Below are positions 1-13,200 of a DNA stretch of 64,000 nt, in pieces (position 1 is the stretch's first letter; each line of letters begins with the position of its first letter). Source of the stretch: Scyliorhinus canicula. Its lineage: Eukaryota. The notes under the pieces are model-generated. The model worked only from the letters and a program-made list of their open reading frames with translations. It had not been told where the DNA came from and did no database searches. The stretch spans positions 42,619,159-42,683,158 of the forward strand of contig NC_052158.1 of the NCBI RefSeq assembly GCF_902713615.1. Reading direction: 5' to 3'. The translations under genes were made by a program, and so were the position numbers.

Positions 1-365
1 ATGTCCCCATGTCCCCCTTCCCCCATGTCCCCATGTCCCCCTTCCCCCATGTCCCCATCCCCATATCCCCCATGTCCCCCTTCCCCCATGTCCCCATGTC
101 CCCCTTCCCCCATGTCCCCATGTCCCCCTTCCCCCATGTCCCCATGTCCCCATTCCCATATTCCCCATGTCCCCCTTCCCCCATGTACCCATGTCCCCCT
201 TACCCCATGTCCCTCTTCCCCATGCCCCCATGTCCCCCTTCCCCATGTCCCCATGTCCCCATCCCCATATCCCCCATGTCCCCCTTCCCCCATGTCCCCA
301 TGTCCCCCTTCCCCCATGTCCCCATGTCCCCCTTCCCCCATATACCCATGTCCCCATCCCCATCC
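1..365 (+). repeat. C-rich low-complexity minisatellite (ATGTCCCC / CCCCATGTCCCCCTT units)
   Basis: Direct reading: imperfect tandem copies of ccccatgtccccatgtcccccttc. The Pro-rich ORFs in all three frames are a by-product. Confidence 0.9.
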
Positions 366-718
366 TGCAACCACTCTCAGCAGGCAATGGCCCAGTCTCT
401 GCAGGCCATGGCCCAGTCTCAGCAGGCCATGGCCCAGTCCCAGCAGGCAATGGCCCAGTCTCAGCAGGCAATGGCCCAGCCTCTGCAGGCCATGGCCCAG
501 TCTCAGCAGGCCATGGCCCAGTCCCAGCAGGCCATGGCCCAGTCTCAGCAAGCCATGGCCCAGTCTCAGCAGGCCATGGCCCAGTCCCAGCAGGCAATGG
601 CCCAGTCTCAGCAAGCCATGGCCCAGTCTCAGCAGGCCATGGCCCAGTCCCAGCAGGCAATGGCCCAGTCTCAGCAGGCAATGGCCCAGCCTCTGCAGGC
701 CATGGCCCAGTCTCAGCA
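366..718 (+). repeat. 21-bp tandem repeat CAGCAGGCCATGGCCCAGTCT (about 16 copies; heptad QQAMAQS), related to the Harbinger ORF2 coiled-coil segment
   Basis: 21-bp period visible up to the N gap. Near-identical units occur on the minus strand at about 30185-30265 (SQQTMAKSHQAMAQSQQ). Confidence 0.85.
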
Positions 719-1218
719 NNNNNNNNNNNNNNNNNNNNNNNNNNNNNNNNNNNNNNNNNNNNNNNNNNNNNNNNNNNNNNNNNNNNNNNNNNNNNNNNNN
801 NNNNNNNNNNNNNNNNNNNNNNNNNNNNNNNNNNNNNNNNNNNNNNNNNNNNNNNNNNNNNNNNNNNNNNNNNNNNNNNNNNNNNNNNNNNNNNNNNNNN
901 NNNNNNNNNNNNNNNNNNNNNNNNNNNNNNNNNNNNNNNNNNNNNNNNNNNNNNNNNNNNNNNNNNNNNNNNNNNNNNNNNNNNNNNNNNNNNNNNNNNN
1001 NNNNNNNNNNNNNNNNNNNNNNNNNNNNNNNNNNNNNNNNNNNNNNNNNNNNNNNNNNNNNNNNNNNNNNNNNNNNNNNNNNNNNNNNNNNNNNNNNNNN
1101 NNNNNNNNNNNNNNNNNNNNNNNNNNNNNNNNNNNNNNNNNNNNNNNNNNNNNNNNNNNNNNNNNNNNNNNNNNNNNNNNNNNNNNNNNNNNNNNNNNNN
1201 NNNNNNNNNNNNNNNNNN
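719..1218. other. Assembly gap (500 N)
   Basis: Run of N. The round size suggests an arbitrary scaffolding gap. Confidence 0.98.
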
Positions 1219-4200
1219 AGGCAGCGTGTTGGACTGGACTAAATCAGACAGTACTGGATACCAGGCAGCGTGTTGGACTGGACTAAATCAGACAGTACTG
1301 GATACCAGGCAGCGTGTTGGACTGGACTAAATCAGACAGTACTGGATACCAGGCAGCTTGTTGGACTGGACTAAATCAGACAGTACTGGATACCAGGCAG
1401 CGTGTTGGACTGGACTAAATCAGACAGTACTGGATACCAGGCAGCGTGTTGGACTGGACTAAATCAGACAGTACTGGATACCAGGCAGCGTGTTGGACTG
1501 GACTAAATCAGACAGTACTGGATACCAGGCAGCGTGTTGGACTGGACTAAATCAGACAGTACTGGATACCAGGCAGCGTGTTGGACTGGACTAAATCAGA
1601 CAGTACTGGATACCAGGCAGCTTGTTGGACTGGACTAAATCAGACAGTACTGGATACCAGGCAGCGTGTTGGACTGGACTAAATCAGACAGTACTGGATA
1701 CCAGGCAGCGTGTTGGACTGGACTAAATCAGACAGTACTGGATACCAGGCAGCTTGTTGGACTGGACTAAATCAGACAGTACTGGATACCAGGCAGCGTG
1801 TTGGACTGGACTAAATCAGACAGTACTGGATACCAGGCAGCGTGTTGGACTGGACTAAATCAGACAGTACTGGATACCAGGCAGCTTGTTGGACTGGACT
1901 AAATCAGACAGTACTGGATACCAGGCAGCGTGTTGGACTGGACTAAATCAGACAGTACTGGATACCAGGCAGCTTGTTGGACTGGACTAAATCAGACAGT
2001 ACTGGATACCAGGCAGCTTGTTGGACTGGACTAAATCAGACAGTACTGGATACCAGGCAGCTTGTTGGACTGGACTAAATCAGACAGTACTGGATACCAG
2101 GCAGCGTGTTGGACTGGACTAAATCAGACAGTACTGGATACCAGGCAGCGTGTTGGACTGGACTAAATCAGACAGTACTGGATACCAGGCAGCTTGTTGG
2201 ACTGGACTAAATCAGACAGTACTGGATACCAGGCAGCGTGTTGGACTGGACTAAATCAGACAGTACTGGATACCAGGCAGCTTGTTGGACTGGACTAAAT
2301 CAGACAGTACTGGATACCAGGCAGCGTGTTGGACTGGACTAAATCAGACAGTACTGGATACCAGGCAGCGTGTTGGACTGGACTAAATCAGACAGTACTG
2401 GATACCAGGCAGCTTGTTGGACTGGACTAAATCAGACAGTACTGGATACCAGGCAGCGTGTTGGACTGGACTAAATCAGACAGTACTGGATACCAGGCAG
2501 CGTGTTGGACTGGACTAAATCAGACAGTACTGGATACCAGGCAGCGTGTTGGACTGGACTAAATCAGACAGTACTGGATACCAGGCAGCTTGTTGGACTG
2601 GACTAAATCAGACAGTACTGGATACCAGGCAGCGTGTTGGACTGGACTAAATCAGACAGTACTGGATACCAGGCAGCGTGTTGGACTGGACTAAATCAGA
2701 CAGTACTGGATACCAGGCAGCGTGTTGGACTGGACTAAATCAGACAGTACTGGATACCAGGCAGCGTGTTGGACTGGACTAAATCAGACAGTACTGGATA
2801 CCAGGCAGCGTGTTGGACTGGACTAAATCAGACAGTACTGGATACCAGGCAGCGTGTTGGACTGGACTAAATCAGACAGTACTGGATACCAGGCAGCGTG
2901 TTGGACTGGACTAAATCAGACAGTACTGGATACCAGGCAGCGTGTTGGACTGGACTAAATCAGACAGTACTGGATACCAGGCAGCGTGTTGGACTGGACT
3001 AAATCAGACAGTACTGGATACCAGGCAGCGTGTTGGACTGGACTAAATCAGACAGTACTGGATACCAGGCAGCGTGTTGGACTGGAATAAATCAGACAGT
3101 ACTGGATACCAGGCAGCGTGTTGGACTGGACTAAATCAGACAGTACTGGATACCAGGCAGCGTGTTGGACTGGACTAAATCAGACAGTACTGGATACCAG
3201 GCAGCGTGTTGGACTGGACTAAATCAGACAGTACTGGATACCAGGCAGCGTGTTGGACTGGACTAAATCAGACAGTACTGGATACCAGGCAGCGTGTTGG
3301 ACTGGACTAAATCAGACAGTACTGGATACCAGGCAGCGTGTTGGACTGGACTAAATCAGACAGTACTGGATACCAGGCAGCTTGTTGGACTGGACTAAAT
3401 CAGACAGTACTGGATACCAGGCAGCTTGTTGGACTGGACTAAATCAGACAGTACTGGATACCAGGCAGCGTGTTGGACTGGACTAAATCAGACAGTACTG
3501 GATACCAGGCAGCGTGTTGGACTGGACTAAATCAGACAGTACTGGATACCAGGCAGCTTGTTGGACTGGACTAAATCAGACAGTACTGGATACCAGGCAG
3601 CGTGTTGGACTGGACTAAATCAGACAGTACTGGATACCAGGCAGCGTGTTGGACTGGACTAAATCAGACAGTACTGGATACCAGGCAGCGTGTTGGACTG
3701 GACTAAATCAGACAGTACTGGATACCAGGCAGCGTGTTGGACTGGACTAAATCAGACAGTACTGGATACCAGGCAGCGTGTTGGACTGGACTAAATCAGA
3801 CAGTACTGGATACCAGGCAGCGTGTTGGACTGGACTAAATCAGACAGTACTGGATACCAGGCAGCTTGTTGGACTGGACTAAATCAGACAGTACTGGATA
3901 CCAGGCAGCTTGTTGGACTGGACTAAATCAGACAGTACTGGATACCAGGCAGCGTGTTGGACTGGACTAAATCAGACAGTACTGGATACCAGGCAGCTTG
4001 TTGGACTGGACTAAATCAGACAGTACTGGATACCAGGCAGCGTGTTGGACTGGACTAAATCAGACAGTACTGGATACCAGGCAGCTTGTTGGACTGGACT
4101 AAATCAGACAGTACTGGATACCAGGCAGCTTGTTGGACTGGACTAAATCAGACAGTACTGGATACCAGGCAGCTTGTTGGACTGGACTAAATCAGACAGT

Positions 4201-7200
4201 ACTGGATACCAGGCAGCGTGTTGGACTGGACTAAATCAGACAGTACTGGATACCAGGCAGCGTGTTGGACTGGACTAAATCAGACAGTACTGGATACCAG
4301 GCAGCGTGTTGGACTGGACTAAATCAGACAGTACTGGATACCAGGCAGCTTGTTGGACTGGACTAAATCAGACAGTACTGGATACCAGGCAGCTTGTTGG
4401 ACTGGACTAAATCAGACAGTACTGGATACCAGGCAGCGTGTTGGACTGGACTAAATCAGACAGTACTGGATACCAGGCAGCTTGTTGGACTGGACTAAAT
4501 CAGACAGTACTGGATACCAGGCAGCGTGTTGGACTGGACTAAATCAGACAGTACTGGATACCAGGCAGCTTGTTGGACTGGACTAAATCAGACAGTACTG
4601 GATACCAGGCAGCGTGTTGGACTGGACTAAATCAGACAGTACTGGATACCAGGCAGCGTGTTGGACTGGACTAAATCAGACAGTACTGGATACCAGGCAG
4701 CGTGTTGGACTGGACTAAATCAGACAGTACTGGATACCAGGCAGCGTGTTGGACTGGACTAAATCAGACAGTACTGGATACCAGGCAGCTTGTTGGACTG
4801 GACTAAATCAGACAGTACTGGATACCAGGCAGCTTGTTGGACTGGACTAAATCAGACAGTACTGGATACCAGGCAGCGTGTTGGACTGGACTAAATCAGA
4901 CAGTACTGGATACCAGGCAGCGTGTTGGACTGGACTAAATCAGACAGTACTGGATACCAGGCAGCGTGTTGGACTGGACTAAATCAGACAGTACTGGATA
5001 CCAGGCAGCTTGTTGGACTGGACTAAATCAGACAGTACTGGATACCAGGCAGCGTGTTGGACTGGACTAAATCAGACAGTACTGGATACCAGGCAGCGTG
5101 TTGGACTGGACTAAATCAGACAGTACTGGATACCAGGCAGCGTGTTGGACTGGACTAAATCAGACAGTACTGGATACCAGGCAGCGTGTTGGACTGGACT
5201 AAATCAGACAGTACTGGATACCAGGCAGCTTGTTGGACTGGACTAAATCAGACAGTACTGGATACCAGGCAGCGTGTTGGACTGGACTAAATCAGACAGT
5301 ACTGGATACCAGGCAGCGTGTTGGACTGGACTAAATCAGACAGTACTGGATACCAGGCAGCGTGTTGGACTGGACTAAATCAGACAGTACTGGATACCAG
5401 GCAGCGTGTTGGACTGGACTAAATCAGACAGTACTGGATACCAGGCAGCTTGTTGGACTGGACTAAATCAGACAGTACTGGATACCAGGCAGCGTGTTGG
5501 ACTGGACTAAATCAGACAGTACTGGATACCAGGCAGCGTGTTGGACTGGACTAAATCAGACAGTACTGGATACCAGGCAGCGTGTTGGACTGGACTAAAT
5601 CAGACAGTACTGGATACCAGGCAGCGTGTTGGACTGGACTAAATCAGACAGTACTGGATACCAGGCAGCGTGTTGGACTGGACTAAATCAGACAGTACTG
5701 GATACCAGGCAGCGTGTTGGACTGGACTAAATCAGACAGTACTGGATACCAGGCAGCGTGTTGGACTGGACTAAATCAGACAGTACTGGATACCAGGCAG
5801 CGTGTTGGACTGGACTAAATCAGACAGTACTGGATACCAGGCAGCTTGTTGGACTGGACTAAATCAGACAGTACTGGATACCAGGCAGCGTGTTGGACTG
5901 GACTAAATCAGACAGTACTGGATACCAGGCAGCGTGTTGGACTGGACTAAATCAGACAGTACTGGATACCAGGCAGCGTGTTGGACTGGACTAAATCAGA
6001 CAGTACTGGATACCAGGCAGCGTGTTGGACTGGACTAAATCAGACAGTACTGGATACCAGGCAGCTTGTTGGACTGGACTAAATCAGACAGTACTGGATA
6101 CCAGGCAGCGTGTTGGACTGGACTAAATCAGACAGTACTGGATACCAGGCAGCGTGTTGGACTGGACTAAATCAGACAGTACTGGATACCAGGCAGCGTG
6201 TTGGACTGGACTAAATCAGACAGTACTGGATACCAGGCAGCGTGTTGGACTGGACTAAATCAGACAGTACTGGATACCAGGCAGCGTGTTGGACTGGACT
6301 AAATCAGACAGTACTGGATACCAGGCAGCTTGTTGGACTGGACTAAATCAGACAGTACTGGATACCAGGCAGCGTGTTGGACTGGACTAAATCAGACAGT
6401 ACTGGATACCAGGCAGCTTGTTGGACTGGACTAAATCAGACAGTACTGGATACCAGGCAGCGTGTTGGACTGGACTAAATCAGACAGTACTGGATACCAG
6501 GCAGCGTGTTGGACTGGACTAAATCAGACAGTACTGGATACCAGGCAGCGTGTTGGACTGGACTAAATCAGACAGTACTGGATACCAGGCAGCGTGTTGG
6601 ACTGGACTAAATCAGACAGTACTGGATACCAGGCAGCGTGTTGGACTGGACTAAATCAGACAGTACTGGATACCAGGCAGCGTGTTGGACTGGACTAAAT
6701 CAGACAGTACTGGATACCAGGCAGCGTGTTGGACTGGACTAAATCAGACAGTACTGGATACCAGGCAGCGTGTTGGACTGGACTAAATCAGACAGTACTG
6801 GATACCAGGCAGCTTGTTGGACTGGACTAAATCAGACAGTACTGGATACCAGGCAGCGTGTTGGACTGGACTAAATCAGACAGTACTGGATACCAGGCAG
6901 CGTGTTGGACTGGACTAAATCAGACAGTACTGGATACCAGGCAGCTTGTTGGACTGGACTAAATCAGACAGTACTGGATACCAGGCAGCGTGTTGGACTG
7001 GACTAAATCAGACAGTACTGGATACCAGGCAGCGTGTTGGACTGGACTAAATCAGACAGTACTGGATACCAGGCAGCGTGTTGGACTGGACTAAATCAGA
7101 CAGTACTGGATACCAGGCAGCGTGTTGGACTGGACTAAATCAGACAGTACTGGATACCAGGCAGCGTGTTGGACTGGACTAAATCAGACAGTACTGGATA

Positions 7201-10200
7201 CCAGGCAGCTTGTTGGACTGGACTAAATCAGACAGTACTGGATACCAGGCAGCGTGTTGGACTGGACTAAATCAGACAGTACTGGATACCAGGCAGCGTG
7301 TTGGACTGGACTAAATCAGACAGTACTGGATACCAGGCAGCGTGTTGGACTGGACTAAATCAGACAGTACTGGATACCAGGCAGCGTGTTGGACTGGACT
7401 AAATCAGACAGTACTGGATACCAGGCAGCGTGTTGGACTGGACTAAATCAGACAGTACTGGATACCAGGCAGCGTGTTGGACTGGACTAAATCAGACAGT
7501 ACTGGATACCAGGCAGCGTGTTGGACTGGACTAAATCAGACAGTACTGGATACCAGGCAGCTTGTTGGACTGGACTAAATCAGACAGTACTGGATACCAG
7601 GCAGCGTGTTGGACTGGACTAAATCAGACAGTACTGGATACCAGGCAGCGTGTTGGACTGGACTAAATCAGACAGTACTGGATACCAGGCAGCGTGTTGG
7701 ACTGGACTAAATCAGACAGTACTGGATACCAGGCAGCGTGTTGGACTGGACTAAATCAGACAGTACTGGATACCAGGCAGCGTGTTGGACTGGACTAAAT
7801 CAGACAGTACTGGATACCAGGCAGCTTGTTGGACTGGACTAAATCAGACAGTACTGGATACCAGGCAGCGTGTTGGACTGGACTAAATCAGACAGTACTG
7901 GATACCAGGCAGCTTGTTGGACTGGACTAAATCAGACAGTACTGGATACCAGGCAGCGTGTTGGACTGGACTAAATCAGACAGTACTGGATACCAGGCAG
8001 CGTGTTGGACTGGACTAAATCAGACAGTACTGGATACCAGGCAGCGTGTTGGACTGGACTAAATCAGACAGTACTGGATACCAGGCAGCGTGTTGGACTG
8101 GACTAAATCAGACAGTACTGGATACCAGGCAGCGTGTTGGACTGGACTAAATCAGACAGTACTGGATACCAGGCAGCTTGTTGGACTGGACTAAATCAGA
8201 CAGTACTGGATACCAGGCAGCGTGTTGGACTGGACTAAATCAGACAGTACTGGATACCAGGCAGCTTGTTGGACTGGACTAAATCAGACAGTACTGGATA
8301 CCAGGCAGCGTGTTGGACTGGACTAAATCAGACAGTACTGGATACCAGGCAGCGTGTTGGACTGGACTAAATCAGACAGTACTGGATACCAGGCAGCGTG
8401 TTGGACTGGACTAAATCAGACAGTACTGGATACCAGGCAGCGTGTTGGACTGGACTAAATCAGACAGTACTGGATACCAGGCAGCGTGTTGGACTGGACT
8501 AAATCAGACAGTACTGGATACCAGGCAGCGTGTTGGACTGGACTAAATCAGACAGTACTGGATACCAGGCAGCGTGTTGGACTGGACTAAATCAGACAGT
8601 ACTGGATACCAGGCAGCTTGTTGGACTGGACTAAATCAGACAGTACTGGATACCAGGCAGCGTGTTGGACTGGACTAAATCAGACAGTACTGGATACCAG
8701 GCAGCTTGTTGGACTGGACTAAATCAGACAGTACTGGATACCAGGCAGCTTGTTGGACTGGACTAAATCAGACAGTACTGGATACCAGGCAGCGTGTTGG
8801 ACTGGACTAAATCAGACAGTACTGGATACCAGGCAGCTTGTTGGACTGGACTAAATCAGACAGTACTGGATACCAGGCAGCGTGTTGGACTGGACTAAAT
8901 CAGACAGTACTGGATACCAGGCAGCGTGTTGGACTGGACTAAATCAGACAGTACTGGATACCAGGCAGCGTGTTGGACTGGACTAAATCAGACAGTACTG
9001 GATACCAGGCAGCTTGTTGGACTGGACTAAATCAGACAGTACTGGATACCAGGCAGCGTGTTGGACTGGACTAAATCAGACAGTACTGGATACCAGGCAG
9101 CGTGTTGGACTGGACTAAATCAGACAGTACTGGATACCAGGCAGCGTGTTGGACTGGACTAAATCAGACAGTACTGGATACCAGGCAGCGTGTTGGACTG
9201 GACTAAATCAGACAGTACTGGATACCAGGCAGCGTGTTGGACTGGACTAAATCAGACAGTACTGGATACCAGGCAGCTTGTTGGACTGGACTAAATCAGA
9301 CAGTACTGGATACCAGGCAGCTTGTTGGACTGGACTAAATCAGACAGTACTGGATACCAGGCAGCTTGTTGGACTGGACTAAATCAGACAGTACTGGATA
9401 CCAGGCAGCTTGTTGGACTGGACTAAATCAGACAGTACTGGATACCAGGCAGCGTGTTGGACTGGACTAAATCAGACAGTACTGGATACCAGGCAGCTTG
9501 TTGGACTGGACTAAATCAGACAGTACTGGATACCAGGCAGCGTGTTGGACTGGACTAAATCAGACAGTACTGGATACCAGGCAGCTTGTTGGACTGGACT
9601 AAATCAGACAGTACTGGATACCAGGCAGCGTGTTGGACTGGACTAAATCAGACAGTACTGGATACCAGGCAGCGTGTTGGACTGGACTAAATCAGACAGT
9701 ACTGGATACCAGGCAGCGTGTTGGACTGGACTAAATCAGACAGTACTGGATACCAGGCAGCTTGTTGGACTGGACTAAATCAGACAGTACTGGATACCAG
9801 GCAGCGTGTTGGACTGGACTAAATCAGACAGTACTGGATACCAGGCAGCTTGTTGGACTGGACTAAATCAGACAGTACTGGATACCAGGCAGCGTGTTGG
9901 ACTGGACTAAATCAGACAGTACTGGATACCAGGCAGCGTGTTGGACTGGACTAAATCAGACAGTACTGGATACCAGGCAGCGTGTTGGACTGGACTAAAT
10001 CAGACAGTACTGGATACCAGGCAGCGTGTTGGACTGGACTAAATCAGACAGTACTGGATACCAGGCAGCGTGTTGGACTGGACTAAATCAGACAGTACTG
10101 GATACCAGGCAGCGTGTTGGACTGGACTAAATCAGACAGTACTGGATACCAGGCAGCGTGTTGGACTGGACTAAATCAGACAGTACTGGATACCAGGCAG

Positions 10201-13200
10201 CGTGTTGGACTGGACTAAATCAGACAGTACTGGATACCAGGCAGCTTGTTGGACTGGACTAAATCAGACAGTACTGGATACCAGGCAGCGTGTTGGACTG
10301 GACTAAATCAGACAGTACTGGATACCAGGCAGCGTGTTGGACTGGACTAAATCAGACAGTACTGGATACCAGGCAGCTTGTTGGACTGGACTAAATCAGA
10401 CAGTACTGGATACCAGGCAGCTTGTTGGACTGGACTAAATCAGACAGTACTGGATACCAGGCAGCGTGTTGGACTGGACTAAATCAGACAGTACTGGATA
10501 CCAGGCAGCGTGTTGGACTGGACTAAATCAGACAGTACTGGATACCAGGCAGCTTGTTGGACTGGACTAAATCAGACAGTACTGGATACCAGGCAGCGTG
10601 TTGGACTGGACTAAATCAGACAGTACTGGATACCAGGCAGCTTGTTGGACTGGACTAAATCAGACAGTACTGGATACCAGGCAGCGTGTTGGACTGGACT
10701 AAATCAGACAGTACTGGATACCAGGCAGCGTGTTGGACTGGACTAAATCAGACAGTACTGGATACCAGGCAGCGTGTTGGACTGGACTAAATCAGACAGT
10801 ACTGGATACCAGGCAGCTTGTTGGACTGGACTAAATCAGACAGTACTGGATACCAGGCAGCGTGTTGGACTGGACTAAATCAGACAGTACTGGATACCAG
10901 GCAGCGTGTTGGACTGGACTAAATCAGACAGTACTGGATACCAGGCAGCTTGTTGGACTGGACTAAATCAGACAGTACTGGATACCAGGCAGCGTGTTGG
11001 ACTGGACTAAATCAGACAGTACTGGATACCAGGCAGCGTGTTGGACTGGACTAAATCAGACAGTACTGGATACCAGGCAGCTTGTTGGACTGGACTAAAT
11101 CAGACAGTACTGGATACCAGGCAGCGTGTTGGACTGGACTAAATCAGACAGTACTGGATACCAGGCAGCTTGTTGGACTGGACTAAATCAGACAGTACTG
11201 GATACCAGGCAGCGTGTTGGACTGGACTAAATCAGACAGTACTGGATACCAGGCAGCGTGTTGGACTGGACTAAATCAGACAGTACTGGATACCAGGCAG
11301 CGTGTTGGACTGGACTAAATCAGACAGTACTGGATACCAGGCAGCGTGTTGGACTGGACTAAATCAGACAGTACTGGATACCAGGCAGCGTGTTGGACTG
11401 GACTAAATCAGACAGTACTGGATACCAGGCAGCTTGTTGGACTGGACTAAATCAGACAGTACTGGATACCAGGCAGCGTGTTGGACTGGACTAAATCAGA
11501 CAGTACTGGATACCAGGCAGCGTGTTGGACTGGACTAAATCAGACAGTACTGGATACCAGGCAGCGTGTTGGACTGGACTAAATCAGACAGTACTGGATA
11601 CCAGGCAGCGTGTTGGACTGGACTAAATCAGACAGTACTGGATACCAGGCAGCGTGTTGGACTGGACTAAATCAGACAGTACTGGATACCAGGCAGCGTG
11701 TTGGACTGGACTAAATCAGACAGTACTGGATACCAGGCAGCGTGTTGGACTGGACTAAATCAGACAGTACTGGATACCAGGCAGCTTGTTGGACTGGACT
11801 AAATCAGACAGTACTGGATACCAGGCAGCTTGTTGGACTGGACTAAATCAGACAGTACTGGATACCAGGCAGCTTGTTGGACTGGACTAAATCAGACAGT
11901 ACTGGATACCAGGCAGCGTGTTGGACTGGACTAAATCAGACAGTACTGGATACCAGGCAGCGTGTTGGACTGGACTAAATCAGACAGTACTGGATACCAG
12001 GCAGCGTGTTGGACTGGACTAAATCAGACAGTACTGGATACCAGGCAGCTTGTTGGACTGGACTAAATCAGACAGTACTGGATACCAGGCAGCTTGTTGG
12101 ACTGGACTAAATCAGACAGTACTGGATACCAGGCAGCGTGTTGGACTGGACTAAATCAGACAGTACTGGATACCAGGCAGCGTGTTGGACTGGACTAAAT
12201 CAGACAGTACTGGATACCAGGCAGCGTGTTGGACTGGACTAAATCAGACAGTACTGGATACCAGGCAGCGTGTTGGACTGGACTAAATCAGACAGTACTG
12301 GATACCAGGCAGCGTGTTGGACTGGACTAAATCAGACAGTACTGGATACCAGGCAGCGTGTTGGACTGGACTAAATCAGACAGTACTGGATACCAGGCAG
12401 CTTGTTGGACTGGACTAAATCAGACAGTACTGGATACCAGGCAGCGTGTTGGACTGGACTAAATCAGACAGTACTGGATACCAGGCAGCGTGTTGGACTG
12501 GACTAAATCAGACAGTACTGGATACCAGGCAGCGTGTTGGACTGGACTAAATCAGACAGTACTGGATACCAGGCAGCGTGTTGGACTGGACTAAATCAGA
12601 CAGTACTGGATACCAGGCAGCGTGTTGGACTGGACTAAATCAGACAGTACTGGATACCAGGCAGCGTGTTGGACTGGACTAAATCAGACAGTACTGGATA
12701 CCAGGCAGCGTGTTGGACTGGACTAAATCAGACAGTACTGGATACCAGGCAGCGTGTTGGACTGGACTAAATCAGACAGTACTGGATACCAGGCAGCGTG
12801 TTGGACTGGACTAAATCAGACAGTACTGGATACCAGGCAGCTTGTTGGACTGGACTAAATCAGACAGTACTGGATACCAGGCAGCGTGTTGGACTGGACT
12901 AAATCAGACAGTACTGGATACCAGGCAGCGTGTTGGACTGGACTAAATCAGACAGTACTGGATACCAGGCAGCTTGTTGGACTGGACTAAATCAGACAGT
13001 ACTGGATACCAGGCAGCGTGTTGGACTGGACTAAATCAGACAGTACTGGATACCAGGCAGCGTGTTGGACTGGACTAAATCAGACAGTACTGGATACCAG
13101 GCAGCGTGTTGGACTGGACTAAATCAGACAGTACTGGATACCAGGCAGCGTGTTGGACTGGACTAAATCAGACAGTACTGGATACCAGGCAGCTTGTTGG

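Noticed and set aside
1-1330. Pro/Ser/Cys-rich ORFs of about 400 aa
   Set aside because: They are low-complexity repeat plus 500 N, open in every frame. Only the heptad part is informative and is reported separately.
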